Assembly (NCBI GenBank): GCA_964629675.1
Contig: CAZVUG010000005.1
Coordinates: forward strand, 5,806-69,805
Direction of reading: 5' to 3'
DNA: 64,000 nt
DNA from: an uncultured Candidatus Saccharibacteria bacterium
GTDB lineage: Bacteria; Patescibacteriota; Minisyncoccia; Portnoybacterales; UBA2143
How positions within the stretch are numbered: the first letter of the stretch is position 1; each line of letters starts with the position of its first letter. Position numbers and translations under genes: made by a program. Below are positions 28,959 through 43,163 of the stretch, piece after piece. The notes under the pieces were generated by a model. The model searched no databases, was not told the DNA's origin, and saw only the letters and a list, made by a program, of their open reading frames with translations.

Positions 28959-31900
28959 TATTCTAAAATTTTAACATTGTCACAGAGAATTTTCAAGTTC
29001 TCGTCGCGATCGCTCAATTTGCCGCTGACAACAATAATTTTTTCTTCTTGCCAGGCAGTAGAAGTTTGTTCTAGCACCTTTGGGAAGACTAAAACTTCTG
29101 CTCGGCCAGTAGTGTCTTCTACTTCGACAAAAAGCATTGGCTGGCCGGCTCTCGTGTTGGCTCTTTGAACCTTGTTAATAATGCAGCTAATTTTTACCCG
29201 GTGGCTTCTACTTCTAGGCGATTTAGCCAGAGCTCGACAAGAAGTAACGCTGCTACCTAATTCTTTTTGCCATTTTTTAAGAGGATGTTCAGAGATGTAA
29301 AGACCGACTAACTCTTTTTCCCAGCTTAAGCAGTCTTTTTGGCTGGCTGGAGTAACTTCCGCCATTCTTAAAGAAGGAACCTCTACTTGAGTTTGACTGC
29401 CAAATAAGCTTACCTGGCCGCTGTTTCTTGCTTTTTGAATTTCTCGAGCTAAACCAAGAATTTGATCCAAAGAAAGAAGCAGCTGATTTCTTTCGCCAAA
29501 AATATCTAAAGCGCCGCATTTAATTAGGCTTTCCAGAGATTTTTTATTAAGGTCTTTTGACTCCACTCTTTCAATAAAATCAGTGATAGATTTAAAGGGG
29601 CCATTCTTCTTTCTTTCTTCAACAATGCTGTCAACAACATTATGGCCGACATTTTTTATTGCGTTAAGGCCAAAACGAATAACTCCCTTGCCAGCTGTGG
29701 TAAAATTTTGTTCACTTTCATTAATATGCGGCGGAGCTACTTTAATATTAATTTGATTGCAGGCATCTACCAAAAAAGCAATTCTCTCAATATCATTTTG
29801 CTCAGAAGTCATTAAAGCAGCCATAAATTCAGCGGGATAATGCGCTTTTAAATAAGCAGTCCAGTAACCAATGGTTGCGTAACAACAGCTATGTGCTCGA
29901 TTAAAGCCGTATCTGGCAAAGGGTTCGACAGTGCTCCAAATTTCTTCGGCTACTTTTCTTTCGATCTGGTTCTTAACCATTCCTTCAATCATTTTATCTC
30001 TCTGTTCGTCAAGGAGCTTTTTAATTTTTTTGCCGACAGCTTTTCTTAGAACATCTGCTTCAATTGGACTGAAACCGGCTAAGTCTTGGGCAATAAGCAT
30101 CAGTTGCTCTTGATAAACACAGATTCCATAAGTATTTTCTAAAATTGGTTTAAGATCTGGGTGAAGATATTTAACTTTTTTCAAACCTTTTTTTCTGGCG
30201 ATAAATTCAGGAATAAATTCCATCGGGCCTGGGCGATAAAGAGCGACCATGGCAATAATATCTTCAAATTGGGTAGGCTGAAGCAGCTTTAAATATCTTT
30301 TCATTCCCGAACTTTCTAATTGGAAAACACCGGTGGTGTTAGCTTCTTGGAATAATTTAAATGTTTCTAAGTCATCTAGCGGGGCATTACTTAAATTAAC
30401 TTCTTTTTGCTGGGATTTTTTTATCAAGCTAGCAGTATTTTGAATAACAGTTAGAGTTTTTAACCCAAGAAAATCCATTTTTAGAAGACCTAAATCTTCG
30501 ACGGCATGCATTTCATACTGAGTTACAATTGCTTCTTGATCTTGGGTTGGATGCTGTCGGGGGACTAAATTATCAATATCATCTTTAGTGATAACTACGC
30601 CGGCTGCATGGGTAGACACGTGTCGAGCACATCCTTCAAGCTTCATCGACATATCAATTAAACGTTTGACATTTTCATCTGATTCATAACTTTTGTGTAG
30701 TTCCTGTGATTCGTGGATAGCTCTTTCTAAAGAAAGTCCAGGCGGAATCATTTTAGCTACTTGATCGCAGAAATTATATGAATAATCTAAAACTCTGCCG
30801 ACATCTCTAATAGCTGCTCGGGCAGCCATTGTCCCAAAAGTAATAATCTGAGCTACTTGATTTCGGCCATATTTTTTTGAGACATAGCCAATAACTTCAT
30901 CTCGGCGGTCATCAGCAAAATCTAAATCAATATCAGGCATGCTGGTTGTGCGTCCGGGATTTAAAAACCTTTCAAAAAGCAAATTATATTTCAAAGGATC
31001 AATTTCGGTAATTTCGAGAAGATAGGAAACTATCGATCCAGCTGCTGAACCTCTCCCTGGTCCAGTCCCAATTTTTTGCGATTTGGCCCAGCTAACAAAA
31101 TCTTGGACAATTAAGAAGTAAGAGGCAAAACCTATTTTTTTAATAACATCTAATTCATGCTCAAGCCGTGCAAAAACTTCTGGATCTGGGTTTGCTCCAT
31201 AGCGCTGAGGTATCCTTTCCCGGCATGATTTTTCTAAAAATTCATAAGGAGTTTGTCCAGCTGGCACTTCATAGTAGGGAAGCTGTAATTTACCTAATTC
31301 AAATTCAAAATTGCATTGACTAGCTATCTTTTGGGTATTTTCAATAGCTTCCGGAACATCTTTAAAATCTTCAATCATTTGTTCTGTCGGTCGGAGAGAG
31401 AAATCATCACTTTTCATCGAACGAGTTTCATCTTTAATGCTTTTGTCAGTTTGGATTCTCATTAAAATATCCTGCGCTTCAGCATCCTCTGGCTTGATAT
31501 AATGAACATCGTTGGTGGCAATCAAAGGTATGCTATATTTCTTGGCTATTTCAATAATTCCTTTATTAACAATAGCCTGCTCGGGGATATTAGGATGATG
31601 CTGGAGCTCTAAATAGAAATTTCCTTTGCCAAAGATTTCTTGATATTCTAAAGCTGTTTTTTCAGCAACTTCTCTTTCTCCGCTAAGAATTTTCCTGGGA
31701 ATTTCTCCGCTAAGACAAGCGGAAGAAGCAATTAGCCCTTGGCTATGTTTTTTTAAGATCTCTTTGTCAATTCGCGGCTTGTAATAAAAACCTTCCAAAT
31801 GAGCTTTTGTTGTCAATTTGACTAAATTACGATAGCCCTCAGCATTTTTAACTAAGAGAAGCAAATGGTAGCGCTGCTTATCGATGTTCGGTCTTTTTTG

Positions 31901-32128
31901 CAGCATCCCGTTAGGGGCTAGATACATTTCACTGCCAAGAATCGGTCGGATGCCTCTTTTTTTGGCCTTCTGGTAAAATTCAACTAGGCCGTACATTGAA
32001 CCGTGATCAGTCAGGGCGATAGAAGACATTTTTAATTCTTGACAGGCATCTAAAATTTGATCTATTTTTGCTAAACCATCAAGAAGAGAATAATGGCTAT
32101 GAACATGTAAATGGGTAAAACGCATCAT
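28958..32128 (-). CDS. dnaE: DNA polymerase III alpha subunit (DnaE-type)
   Basis: 1056 aa; PHP domain (MRFTHLHVHSHYSLLDG), polymerase core, C-terminal OB fold. Confidence 0.9.
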   Translation of the reverse strand: MMRFTHLHVHSHYSLLDGLAKIDQILDACQELKMSSIALTDHGSMYGLVEFYQKAKKRGIRPILGSEMYLAPNGMLQKRPNIDKQRYHLLLLVKNAEGYRNLVKLTTKAHLEGFYYKPRIDKEILKKHSQGLIASSACLSGEIPRKILSGEREVAEKTALEYQEIFGKGNFYLELQHHPNIPEQAIVNKGIIEIAKKYSIPLIATNDVHYIKPEDAEAQDILMRIQTDKSIKDETRSMKSDDFSLRPTEQMIEDFKDVPEAIENTQKIASQCNFEFELGKLQLPYYEVPAGQTPYEFLEKSCRERIPQRYGANPDPEVFARLEHELDVIKKIGFASYFLIVQDFVSWAKSQKIGTGPGRGSAAGSIVSYLLEITEIDPLKYNLLFERFLNPGRTTSMPDIDLDFADDRRDEVIGYVSKKYGRNQVAQIITFGTMAARAAIRDVGRVLDYSYNFCDQVAKMIPPGLSLERAIHESQELHKSYESDENVKRLIDMSMKLEGCARHVSTHAAGVVITKDDIDNLVPRQHPTQDQEAIVTQYEMHAVEDLGLLKMDFLGLKTLTVIQNTASLIKKSQQKEVNLSNAPLDDLETFKLFQEANTTGVFQLESSGMKRYLKLLQPTQFEDIIAMVALYRPGPMEFIPEFIARKKGLKKVKYLHPDLKPILENTYGICVYQEQLMLIAQDLAGFSPIEADVLRKAVGKKIKKLLDEQRDKMIEGMVKNQIERKVAEEIWSTVEPFARYGFNRAHSCCYATIGYWTAYLKAHYPAEFMAALMTSEQNDIERIAFLVDACNQINIKVAPPHINESEQNFTTAGKGVIRFGLNAIKNVGHNVVDSIVEERKKNGPFKSITDFIERVESKDLNKKSLESLIKCGALDIFGERNQLLLSLDQILGLAREIQKARNSGQVSLFGSQTQVEVPSLRMAEVTPASQKDCLSWEKELVGLYISEHPLKKWQKELGSSVTSCRALAKSPRSRSHRVKISCIINKVQRANTRAGQPMLFVEVEDTTGRAEVLVFPKVLEQTSTAWQEEKIIVVSGKLSDRDENLKILCDNVKILE

Positions 32129-32226
32129 AATTTTAATAGTTATATTAATTCAGTATATCATTTTTAATTTTACTGGCAACCTTGCCTTTATTGAAATTAG
32201 CCTGGATATTATTGTATACTAAATAT

Positions 32227-34314
32227 ATGAATAAATCAGAAGCAGGCAGGAGAATCAAACAATTAAGAAAAGCCATTAGTTATCATAGCTACCATTATCA
32301 TGTCTTGGATGATCCGGAAATATCTGATGCTGCTTTTGATTCTTTAAAACATGATCTTTCAAAATTGGAGCAACAGTATCCTGATTTGATTACTGTTGAT
32401 TCGCCGACGCAAAGAGTTAGCGGCGAGCCTTTAGCAGAATTTAAAAAAGTGCAGCATCAGAAGCCAATGCTTTCCTTAGAAGATATTTTTTCTGAGACAG
32501 AGCTTTATCAATGGAGAGACAGAATTAAAAAAATTGCCCAAGAAAAGGGTTTGGCTGAAGCATTTGCCAAAACTAAATATTTTGCTGAATTAAAAATAGA
32601 TGGTTTTGCTATTACTTTAATCTATCAAAATGGCCAGTTTGTCCAAGGATCAACAAGAGGCAATGGGAAAATAGGGGAAGATGTTACCCAGAATCTAAGG
32701 ACAATTGAGTCAATTCCTTTGAATATTAAAATACATCAAGGAATAGGAAACGAGAAAATCGAAGAAAGAATAAGGCAGCTTTTACAAAAAGGCAAGATAG
32801 AAATTCGCGGAGAAGTTTATATGGATAAAGAAAGTTTTGCCAAGGTTAACCAGGAAAGAGATCAGAAAGGATTGCCGCCTTACGCTAATCCCCGCAATCT
32901 AGCTGCAGGCAGCATTAGGCAGCTTGATCCGAAAGTAGCTGCTTCTCGCAAATTAGCTTTCCTTGCTTATGGCATTGCTACTGACTTAGGTCAGAAAGAG
33001 CATCATCAAGAGCACCAAATTGCCAAGGCCTTAGGTTTTAAAACTGACCAAGGAAAACTTTTGCTTAAGTTAGAAAAAGTTCTTGATTTCAGGGAAGAGA
33101 TAAGAGAAAAAAGAAAAAATTTGCCCTATCAAATTGATGGGATAGTTATTAATGTTGATGACAAGAAAATTTTTACTGAATTAGGCGTAGCTGGCAAAGC
33201 TCCCCGGGGAGCAATTGCCTTGAAATTTCCTGGCAAAGAAGCAACAACTAGAATCAAAGATATTATTATCCAAGTTGGCCGGACGGGTATTCTAACACCA
33301 GTAGCTGTTTTAGAGCCAGTCAAAATAGACGGGGTGACTATCACACGAGCTACTTTGCATAATATAGATGAAATCAAGAGATTGGATGTTAGGATTAACG
33401 ATACGGTTATTGTTGCTAGGGCCGGTGATGTTATTCCGCAAGTTGTTAGGACAATTAAAGAAATGCGCAACGGACAGGAAAAGAAATTCCGAATGCCGCA
33501 AAAATGTCCAATTTGTGGCTCGCCAACATACCAAAAAGCGGGAGAAGTCTATTATCGTTGCCAGAATAAAAATTGCGGAGCTCGCCATCTAAAAGAATTA
33601 ATCTATTTTGTTTCTAAAAAAGGATTTGACATTGACGGATTAGGGCCTAAAATAATTAAGCAGCTAATGGATGAAGGGTTAGTCTCTGGATTTGTTGATA
33701 TTTTCTATCTAACAAAAGGAGATTTGCTTCCTTTAGAAAGATTTGCTGATAAATCAGCTGAAAATTTAATTGAGGCAATTAACAAAAGCAAGAAAGTATC
33801 TTTAACTAATTTTATCAATGCTTTAAATATTCCTTATGTTGGCGAAGAGACTTCTCTTTTGTTAATTAAAGAGATTGGAAAAATAAATAGGGATATAAAA
33901 AATATTGATGATTTTGTCAAAACAATTAGAAATCTCTCACTAGAAGAGTTGCGAGGAATTGCCGATATTGGTCCAGTTGTTAGCCAAAGCATTAATGAGT
34001 GGTTTAAAGATGAAAGAAATCTGCAATTAATCCGAGATTTAACAAAAGCCGGAGTTGAAATTAAAATTCAGCAAACTAAAACATTAACTAAACTGAAAGA
34101 AAGAAATTTTGTTTTTACCGGCGAACTAAAAAGCTTAACTCGCGATCAAGCTAAGAATGAAGTGAGACGGTTGGGCGGTCATATTTCTTCCTCGGTTTCT
34201 CGAAATACTGATTTTGTTGTTGCCGGAGATAATCCGGGATCTAAATATGAGCAGGCGCAAAAACTTAAAGTTAGAATTATTAGCGAAGAGGAATTTTTAA
34301 AAATAATTAAATAA
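32227..34314 (+). CDS. ligA: NAD-dependent DNA ligase
   Basis: Adenylation motif KIDG (ELKIDGFAITLIY), Zn finger CPICGS...CQNKNC, HhH and a C-terminal BRCT. Start moved to ATG 32227 (MNKSEAGRRIKQLR...). Confidence 0.9.
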   Translation: MNKSEAGRRIKQLRKAISYHSYHYHVLDDPEISDAAFDSLKHDLSKLEQQYPDLITVDSPTQRVSGEPLAEFKKVQHQKPMLSLEDIFSETELYQWRDRIKKIAQEKGLAEAFAKTKYFAELKIDGFAITLIYQNGQFVQGSTRGNGKIGEDVTQNLRTIESIPLNIKIHQGIGNEKIEERIRQLLQKGKIEIRGEVYMDKESFAKVNQERDQKGLPPYANPRNLAAGSIRQLDPKVAASRKLAFLAYGIATDLGQKEHHQEHQIAKALGFKTDQGKLLLKLEKVLDFREEIREKRKNLPYQIDGIVINVDDKKIFTELGVAGKAPRGAIALKFPGKEATTRIKDIIIQVGRTGILTPVAVLEPVKIDGVTITRATLHNIDEIKRLDVRINDTVIVARAGDVIPQVVRTIKEMRNGQEKKFRMPQKCPICGSPTYQKAGEVYYRCQNKNCGARHLKELIYFVSKKGFDIDGLGPKIIKQLMDEGLVSGFVDIFYLTKGDLLPLERFADKSAENLIEAINKSKKVSLTNFINALNIPYVGEETSLLLIKEIGKINRDIKNIDDFVKTIRNLSLEELRGIADIGPVVSQSINEWFKDERNLQLIRDLTKAGVEIKIQQTKTLTKLKERNFVFTGELKSLTRDQAKNEVRRLGGHISSSVSRNTDFVVAGDNPGSKYEQAQKLKVRIISEEEFLKIIK

Positions 34315-34317
34315 TTT

Positions 34318-34596
34318 ATGATAGATATTAATCATATAGCTAAGCTAGCCCGGTTGGGCCTTAATAAAAAAGAAAAGAAAAAATTCGAGAAAGATCTCGG
34401 AGATATTTTGAATTTTATCAATAAACTCAAAGAAGTTAAAACTGATAATATTGAGCCGACTGCTCAGGTAACAGGCCTAGAGAATGTAACTCGGGAAGAT
34501 AAGTTTAGAAAAAAAGGGAAACAAGAGCGGGAAAAATTATTAGATTTATTTCCAGATAGAGAAAAAGAATATCTTAAAGTTAAAAACGTACTATAA
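34318..34596 (+). CDS. gatC: Asp/Glu-tRNA(Asn/Gln) amidotransferase subunit C
   Basis: 92 aa; IDINHIAKLARLGLNKKEKKKFEKDLGDILNFINKL. Confidence 0.85.
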   Translation: MIDINHIAKLARLGLNKKEKKKFEKDLGDILNFINKLKEVKTDNIEPTAQVTGLENVTREDKFRKKGKQEREKLLDLFPDREKEYLKVKNVL

Positions 34597-34611
34597 TCTC
34601 CTAACAATTTT

Positions 34612-36030
34612 ATGGAATTAACTAAACTTAACATCAGGCAAGCTCATCAAGGTTTAATAAAAAAAGATTTTTCAGCAGTTGAGCTTACAGAATCATTTTT
34701 AAATAAGGCTAAAAGGCAGGAAAAAGACATTCATGCTTATTTGTCCTTTGCTGAAGAAAAAGCACTGAATCAAGCTAAAAAAATAGACGAAAGAATCAAA
34801 AATAATGAGGAAATTGGACTTTTAGCTGGTTTGCCGATGGCTGTCAAAGATATCATTATGGTCGATGACATAAAATGTACGGCTGGCTCTAAAATTTTAG
34901 AAAATTATCTAGCTCCTTATGATGCAACAGTAATTAAGAAATTAAAAAAAGAAGGGGCAGTTATTATTGGCAAAACAAACTTAGATGAATTTGCCATGGG
35001 CTCTTCGACAGAAAACTCTGGCTTTGGACCGACCAAGAATCCATACGATCACTCAAGGGTGCCTGGCGGATCTTCTGGCGGTTCAGCGGCAACAATTGCT
35101 GCTGAAGGAGCTCTCTATTCTTTAGGCACTGATACAGGGGGATCTATTCGTCAGCCCTCTTCTTTTTGCGGAGTAGTTGGCTTAAAACCAACTTATGGCA
35201 GGGTATCTCGATATGGGCTAATCGCTTTTGCCTCATCTTTAGATCAAATTGGCCCAATTACCAAGACAGTAGATGATGCGAGAATAGTTTTTGAGGCAAT
35301 TAAAGGAAAAGACGGAATGGATTCGACAAGCCTTAATCCTCTTCAAAAAGAAGAACCTTATACTGGGATAAAAGGATTAAAAATAGGGGTACCGAAAGAA
35401 TATTTTATCGAAGGTTTGGATGAGAAAGTAAAGGAAGCGGTCCAAAAAGCTATTTCTTTCTATCAGGAAAAGGGGGCTAAAATAGAAGAAATTAGTCTGC
35501 CGCATACTGATTATGCTTTGCCTTGCTATTATATTATCATGCCAGCTGAAGCTTCAGCTAATCTGGAGCGTTATGATGGCATTAGATACGGCCTTTCAGA
35601 AAGAGGAAAGAATCTTTTAGAGGGATATCTTTTGACAAGGCAAAAAGGGTTCGGTGACGAAGTTAGAAGAAGGATTATGCTGGGAACTTATACTCTTTCA
35701 GCTGGTTATTATGATGCTTATTATCTTAAAGCCCAAAAAGTTAGAACGAAAATTTCCGAAGATTTTAAAAAAGCATTTGAAAAAGTTGATATTTTAATGG
35801 GGCCAACTTGTCCATCCGTTGCTTTTAAAATAGGGGAAAAAATAAATAATCCTGTTTCAATGTACCTTTCTGATGTCTATACTGCTCCAGTCAACTTAGC
35901 TGGGCTACCGGCGGTTTCTATTCCTTGCGGCAATTCATCTGAAAATTTGCCTATTGGTCTGCAAATTATTGGTAATCATTTTGCCGAAGAAAAAATATTA
36001 TCAATAGCTGAAGAATACGAAAAAATATGA
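34612..36030 (+). CDS. gatA: Glutamyl-tRNA(Gln) amidotransferase subunit A (amidase signature)
   Basis: 472 aa; GGSSGGSAA amidase signature. Confidence 0.9.
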   Translation: MELTKLNIRQAHQGLIKKDFSAVELTESFLNKAKRQEKDIHAYLSFAEEKALNQAKKIDERIKNNEEIGLLAGLPMAVKDIIMVDDIKCTAGSKILENYLAPYDATVIKKLKKEGAVIIGKTNLDEFAMGSSTENSGFGPTKNPYDHSRVPGGSSGGSAATIAAEGALYSLGTDTGGSIRQPSSFCGVVGLKPTYGRVSRYGLIAFASSLDQIGPITKTVDDARIVFEAIKGKDGMDSTSLNPLQKEEPYTGIKGLKIGVPKEYFIEGLDEKVKEAVQKAISFYQEKGAKIEEISLPHTDYALPCYYIIMPAEASANLERYDGIRYGLSERGKNLLEGYLLTRQKGFGDEVRRRIMLGTYTLSAGYYDAYYLKAQKVRTKISEDFKKAFEKVDILMGPTCPSVAFKIGEKINNPVSMYLSDVYTAPVNLAGLPAVSIPCGNSSENLPIGLQIIGNHFAEEKILSIAEEYEKI

Positions 36031-36563
36031 GAACATTTCTTTTAGAAGTTTATGATTTTTTGTATGTATATGTCTCTTCTTCTAATTGGCAGCAGAAGAT
36101 TTTTATCTATAAAATTATTTCTTTAATTATCTCTCTGATTTTACTAACTTTTATTCTTATTTTGATTTTCCGCATTAAATCAAATATTAAAAAATCTTTT
36201 ACTAGAATAACGGAAAGTCTTTTGGGAAAATCTTTACCAGGCAAAACAGATAAAAAATGGGATTCTATTATAAAGAAGATAGAAGGTGAAGATGAGGGGA
36301 ATTATAAATTAGCGATAATTGAAGCTGATACAATGCTTGATGATGTCTTGAAAAAAATTGGCTTTACAGGAGAAGATATGGGGGAGCGCCTGAAACAAGT
36401 AACTCCTCAGCAAATAAGCAATATTGAAGAAGTCTGGGAAGCTCATAAAATGCGCAATAAAATTGCCCATCAAATGGAATTTCGTGTTTCTCAGTCAGAA
36501 GCTGAAAGAGCAATTGAAATTTATCAACGAGCCTTAGAAGATTTATCGGGGATAGAGGAGTAA
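36027..36563 (+). CDS. Hypothetical bitopic membrane protein, translationally coupled to gatA where gatB would be expected
   Basis: 178 aa. The ATG overlaps the gatA stop (ATGA). One TM helix, then a soluble domain with no recognisable motif. Confidence 0.5.
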   Translation: MRTFLLEVYDFLYVYVSSSNWQQKIFIYKIISLIISLILLTFILILIFRIKSNIKKSFTRITESLLGKSLPGKTDKKWDSIIKKIEGEDEGNYKLAIIEADTMLDDVLKKIGFTGEDMGERLKQVTPQQISNIEEVWEAHKMRNKIAHQMEFRVSQSEAERAIEIYQRALEDLSGIEE

Positions 36564-36589
36564 AAGTTATAATTTAATTAGAGGAATAA

Positions 36590-36618
36590 AAAAATAGCAC
36601 ATTTGTGCTAGTTTTTTT
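36590..36618. terminator. Bidirectional terminator (A-run, TAGCACA-tt-TGTGCTA, T-run)
   Basis: A 7-bp palindrome flanked by A7 and T7, between the + strand ORF and the minus-strand tRNA cluster. Confidence 0.55.
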
Positions 36619-36641
36619 ACAAAAGTTCCAGCTTAAAAATC

Positions 36642-36719
36642 TGGCGGGGACGATGGGATTTGAACCCACGACCTCCTGCGTGACAAGCAGGCGTTCACTC
36701 CGGGCTGAACTACGTCCCC
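36642..36719 (-). tRNA. tRNA-Asp (anticodon GTC), CCA encoded
   Basis: Reverse complement GGGGACG-TA-GTTCAG...CCTGC-TTGTCAC-GCAGG...GTGGG-TTCAAAT-CCCAT-CGTCCCC-G-CCA. Confidence 0.8.
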
Positions 36720-36725
36720 ATCTAG

Positions 36726-36799
36726 TAGCGGCGACAGGAATCGAACCTGTAACCTTGGGCTTATGAGTCCCACGCTCTAACCGATTGAGCTACGCCGCC
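36726..36799 (-). tRNA. tRNA with CAT anticodon (elongator Met or Ile2-lysidine type)
   Basis: Reverse complement GGCGGCG-TA-GCTC-AATCGGTTA-GAGC-G-TGGGA-CTCATAA-GCCCA-AGGTT-ACAGG-TTCGATT-CCTGT-CGCCGCT-A. G1:U72 wobble; no CCA encoded. Confidence 0.75.
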
Positions 36800-36811
36800 A
36801 CAAAATTAATG

Positions 36812-36882
36812 TTGCGGGACCGGGAATTGCACCCGGGTCTTGAGGTTATGGGCCTCATGAGATACTACTTCTCTACCCCGCA
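36812..36882 (-). tRNA. Second CAT-anticodon tRNA, atypical (C33 in the anticodon loop, A11:U24, short D-loop); possibly an initiator-like tRNA-Met
   Basis: Reverse complement TGCGGGG-TA-GAGA-AGTAGTA-TCTC-A-TGAGG-CCCATAA-CCTCA-AGAC-CCGGG-TGCAATT-CCCGG-TCCCGCA-A. The ends are approximate. Confidence 0.55.
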
Positions 36883-36961
36883 AAACTATTATAAAGGATA
36901 GTTTTTTTAATTGCAAGCACTTGTTTTGTTATCTTAAATAAGTTAAAATAAAAATGTAGAT

Positions 36962-37348
36962 ATGAAATTAGGCAGTTACTTTTCTTGGTTGATTATAACA
37001 ACTCTAATAGCGCTTGCTTCGTTAGTGGCTATTTTAATTTATCTTAGCCCAGATTCAGCAGATTATTCGATTTTTATCTTATTTTATTTAAGCTTACTTA
37101 TTGCGTCGACAGGAATTTTTACCATAATTGGTTGGATTATCAGATGGGTTTCCCAAAGAAAAAGTTTAAAATTATCTCGCTCGCGCGCTTTGCGCCAATT
37201 AGAAATATCTTTTCGCCAAGGAACTCTTTTATCTTGCATCCTAATCTCTGTATTAATTTTACAAGATAAAAGAATTTTAACCTGGTGGCATATGATAACA
37301 ATCGTTCTGATAGTTGGTTTAGCAGAGTGGTGGCTATCTCGCAGATAA
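36962..37348 (+). CDS. Hypothetical small integral membrane protein (about 4 TM helices)
   Basis: 128 aa and hydrophobic throughout; 23 nt upstream of pheS. Confidence 0.5.
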   Translation: MKLGSYFSWLIITTLIALASLVAILIYLSPDSADYSIFILFYLSLLIASTGIFTIIGWIIRWVSQRKSLKLSRSRALRQLEISFRQGTLLSCILISVLILQDKRILTWWHMITIVLIVGLAEWWLSRR

Positions 37349-37371
37349 TTAAAATAATTTAAAATTAATCA

Positions 37372-38346
37372 ATGTTTAACGAATTAAAAGAAAATTTTAT
37401 AGAAAAAATAAACCAATCTAAAAATTTGGCAGAATTAGAGATTGCTTATCGCGATTATCTCGGCCGGAAAGGGAAACTGACGGAAATTCTACGCTCTCTA
37501 AAAGATTTGTCTGAAAAAGAGAAAAAAGAAAAAGGCCGAGCGGCTAATCAAATTAAGCAAGAAATTAATCAGCTATTTGAAGATAAAAAGGAAGAAATTC
37601 AAAGCAATGAGCAAAAAACAAAGAATAAAGAATGGATTGATATAACTGCTCCGGGGAAAAAATCTCCCCAAGGCCATCTTCATCCAATCAGCATTATTAG
37701 AAGAGAAATTGAGGAAATTTTTCAATCAATGGGTTTTTCTGTTATCGAAGGGCCAGAAGTAGAAAATGAATATTATAATTTTGATGCTTTAAATATTCCG
37801 CAGAACCATCCAGCCCGGGATGTCTGGGATACTTTTTGGCTTAAGAATAAAATGCTTTTGCGAACCCATACTTCACCGATGCAGATTAGGTATATGGAAA
37901 AGAATAATCCTCCTTTGAGAATTATTGTTCCGGGAAAAGTTTTTCGCCATGAAAGAACTGATTCTTCCCACGATGTGCAGTTTTATCAGGTGGAGGGATT
38001 AATGGTTGGTAAAGATGTTTCCGTAGCTAATTTTAAGGGCTTGACGGAAGAATTCTTTAAAAGATTTTTTGGCCCGCAAGTAGAAATGCGTCTTCGTTCA
38101 TCTTATTTTCCTTTTACTGAACCAAGTTTTGAAGTTGATATCAAAAGAAAAGGCAGCCAGTGGTTAGAAATACTTGGTGCCGGCATGGTTCATCCGAATG
38201 TCTTAAAAGCAGTTGGCTATAATCCTAAGGAGTGGCAAGGTTTTGCTTTTGGCATGGGCGTAGACAGGTTAGCTATGATTAAATATCAAATTGACGATAT
38301 TAGATTGTTTTATAACGGAGATTTAAGATTTTTAGAACAATTTTAA
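37372..38346 (+). CDS. pheS: Phenylalanyl-tRNA synthetase alpha subunit
   Basis: 324 aa; ...FRHERTDSSHDVQFYQVEG., GAGMVHP, class II core. Confidence 0.9.
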   Translation: MFNELKENFIEKINQSKNLAELEIAYRDYLGRKGKLTEILRSLKDLSEKEKKEKGRAANQIKQEINQLFEDKKEEIQSNEQKTKNKEWIDITAPGKKSPQGHLHPISIIRREIEEIFQSMGFSVIEGPEVENEYYNFDALNIPQNHPARDVWDTFWLKNKMLLRTHTSPMQIRYMEKNNPPLRIIVPGKVFRHERTDSSHDVQFYQVEGLMVGKDVSVANFKGLTEEFFKRFFGPQVEMRLRSSYFPFTEPSFEVDIKRKGSQWLEILGAGMVHPNVLKAVGYNPKEWQGFAFGMGVDRLAMIKYQIDDIRLFYNGDLRFLEQF

Positions 38347-38364
38347 TTATTTTATTAATTATTC

Positions 38365-42334
<3,970 letters not shown>

Positions 42335-42409
42335 TTTTTATTTGACATAATTTAATTTTAGATATAGGATAAGGGATATTAATACCCTGTCGGGTCTTTT
42401 TTAAAACCA

Positions 42410-42610
42410 ATGAAAATAAGTCAATTACCTCAAAAAGGAATAACTTTTTTAAAAGAAGTTCGCCACGAACTTAGGCGGGTGACTTGGCCTACGCGGCAAG
42501 AAGCTATTAAGCATACTTTAATAGTTATTGGCGTTAGCTTAGGAGTAGCCGCTTTTTTGGGCGGTTTAGACTTGCTTTTCAGTTGGCTTTTAAATAATTT
42601 TGTGATTTAA
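42410..42610 (+). CDS. secE: Preprotein translocase subunit SecE
   Basis: 66 aa; EVRHELRRVTWPTRQE followed by a single TM helix. Confidence 0.8.
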   Translation: MKISQLPQKGITFLKEVRHELRRVTWPTRQEAIKHTLIVIGVSLGVAAFLGGLDLLFSWLLNNFVI

Positions 42611-42616
42611 AGTATT

Positions 42617-43159
42617 ATGCCCAAACAAGTACAACAAGGGAGAAATTGGTACGCTATTCATACTTATTCTGGCTATGAAGAAGCAGTTGCGAGAAATTTA
42701 AAGCAACGAATTGAATCTATGGGAATGGAAGATAAGATTTTTAATGTTCTGGTGCCGACAGAAAAAAAGTATAAAATTAAAGGTGGCAAGAGGAAGCTAG
42801 TCGAAGAAAAAATATACCAAGGTTATGTCTTAGTCGAAATGATTGTCACTGATAATTCGTGGTATGTTATTAGAAATACTCCGCGAGTAACTGGCTTTAT
42901 TGGGGCTGGAACAGTGCCAACGCCAATTTCTAATGAAGAAATAAAATCTCTGCAAAAAAGGATGGGTGTTGAAGAGCCAGAATACAAGATTGATTTAGCT
43001 ATAGGAGATCCTGTTAAAATTACTGACGGACCTTTTAAGGATTCCGATGGAAAAGTTTCTGAGATAGACGAGAAAGGCGGTAAGGTCAAAGTACTTATTC
43101 CAATGTTTGGTCGGGAAACGCCGATTGAATTGGATTTTCTCCAAGTAAGAAAATTATAA
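42617..43159 (+). CDS. nusG: Transcription termination/antitermination factor NusG
   Basis: [15 protein letters not shown] domain plus a C-terminal KOW ([13 protein letters not shown]). Confidence 0.9.
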   Translation: MPKQVQQGRNWYAIHTYSGYEEAVARNLKQRIESMGMEDKIFNVLVPTEKKYKIKGGKRKLVEEKIYQGYVLVEMIVTDNSWYVIRNTPRVTGFIGAGTVPTPISNEEIKSLQKRMGVEEPEYKIDLAIGDPVKITDGPFKDSDGKVSEIDEKGGKVKVLIPMFGRETPIELDFLQVRKL

Positions 43160-43163
43160 AAAA

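Noticed and set aside
28923-29519. Small ORFs at the thrS/dnaE junction (81 and 76 aa)
   Set aside because: They overlap the dnaE coding strand in other frames; no supporting signals.
33129-33592. Three ORFs (113, 92 and 74 aa) antisense to or overlapping ligA
   Set aside because: Inside a confidently identified ligA with conserved KxDG and Zn-finger motifs; shadow ORFs.
42335-42409. Possible structured leader upstream of secE (AGGGATATTAATACCCT + T-run)
   Set aside because: The stem is only 4 to 5 bp with mismatches. It is more likely just the promoter region (TTGACA-17-TAGGAT) than a riboswitch or terminator.
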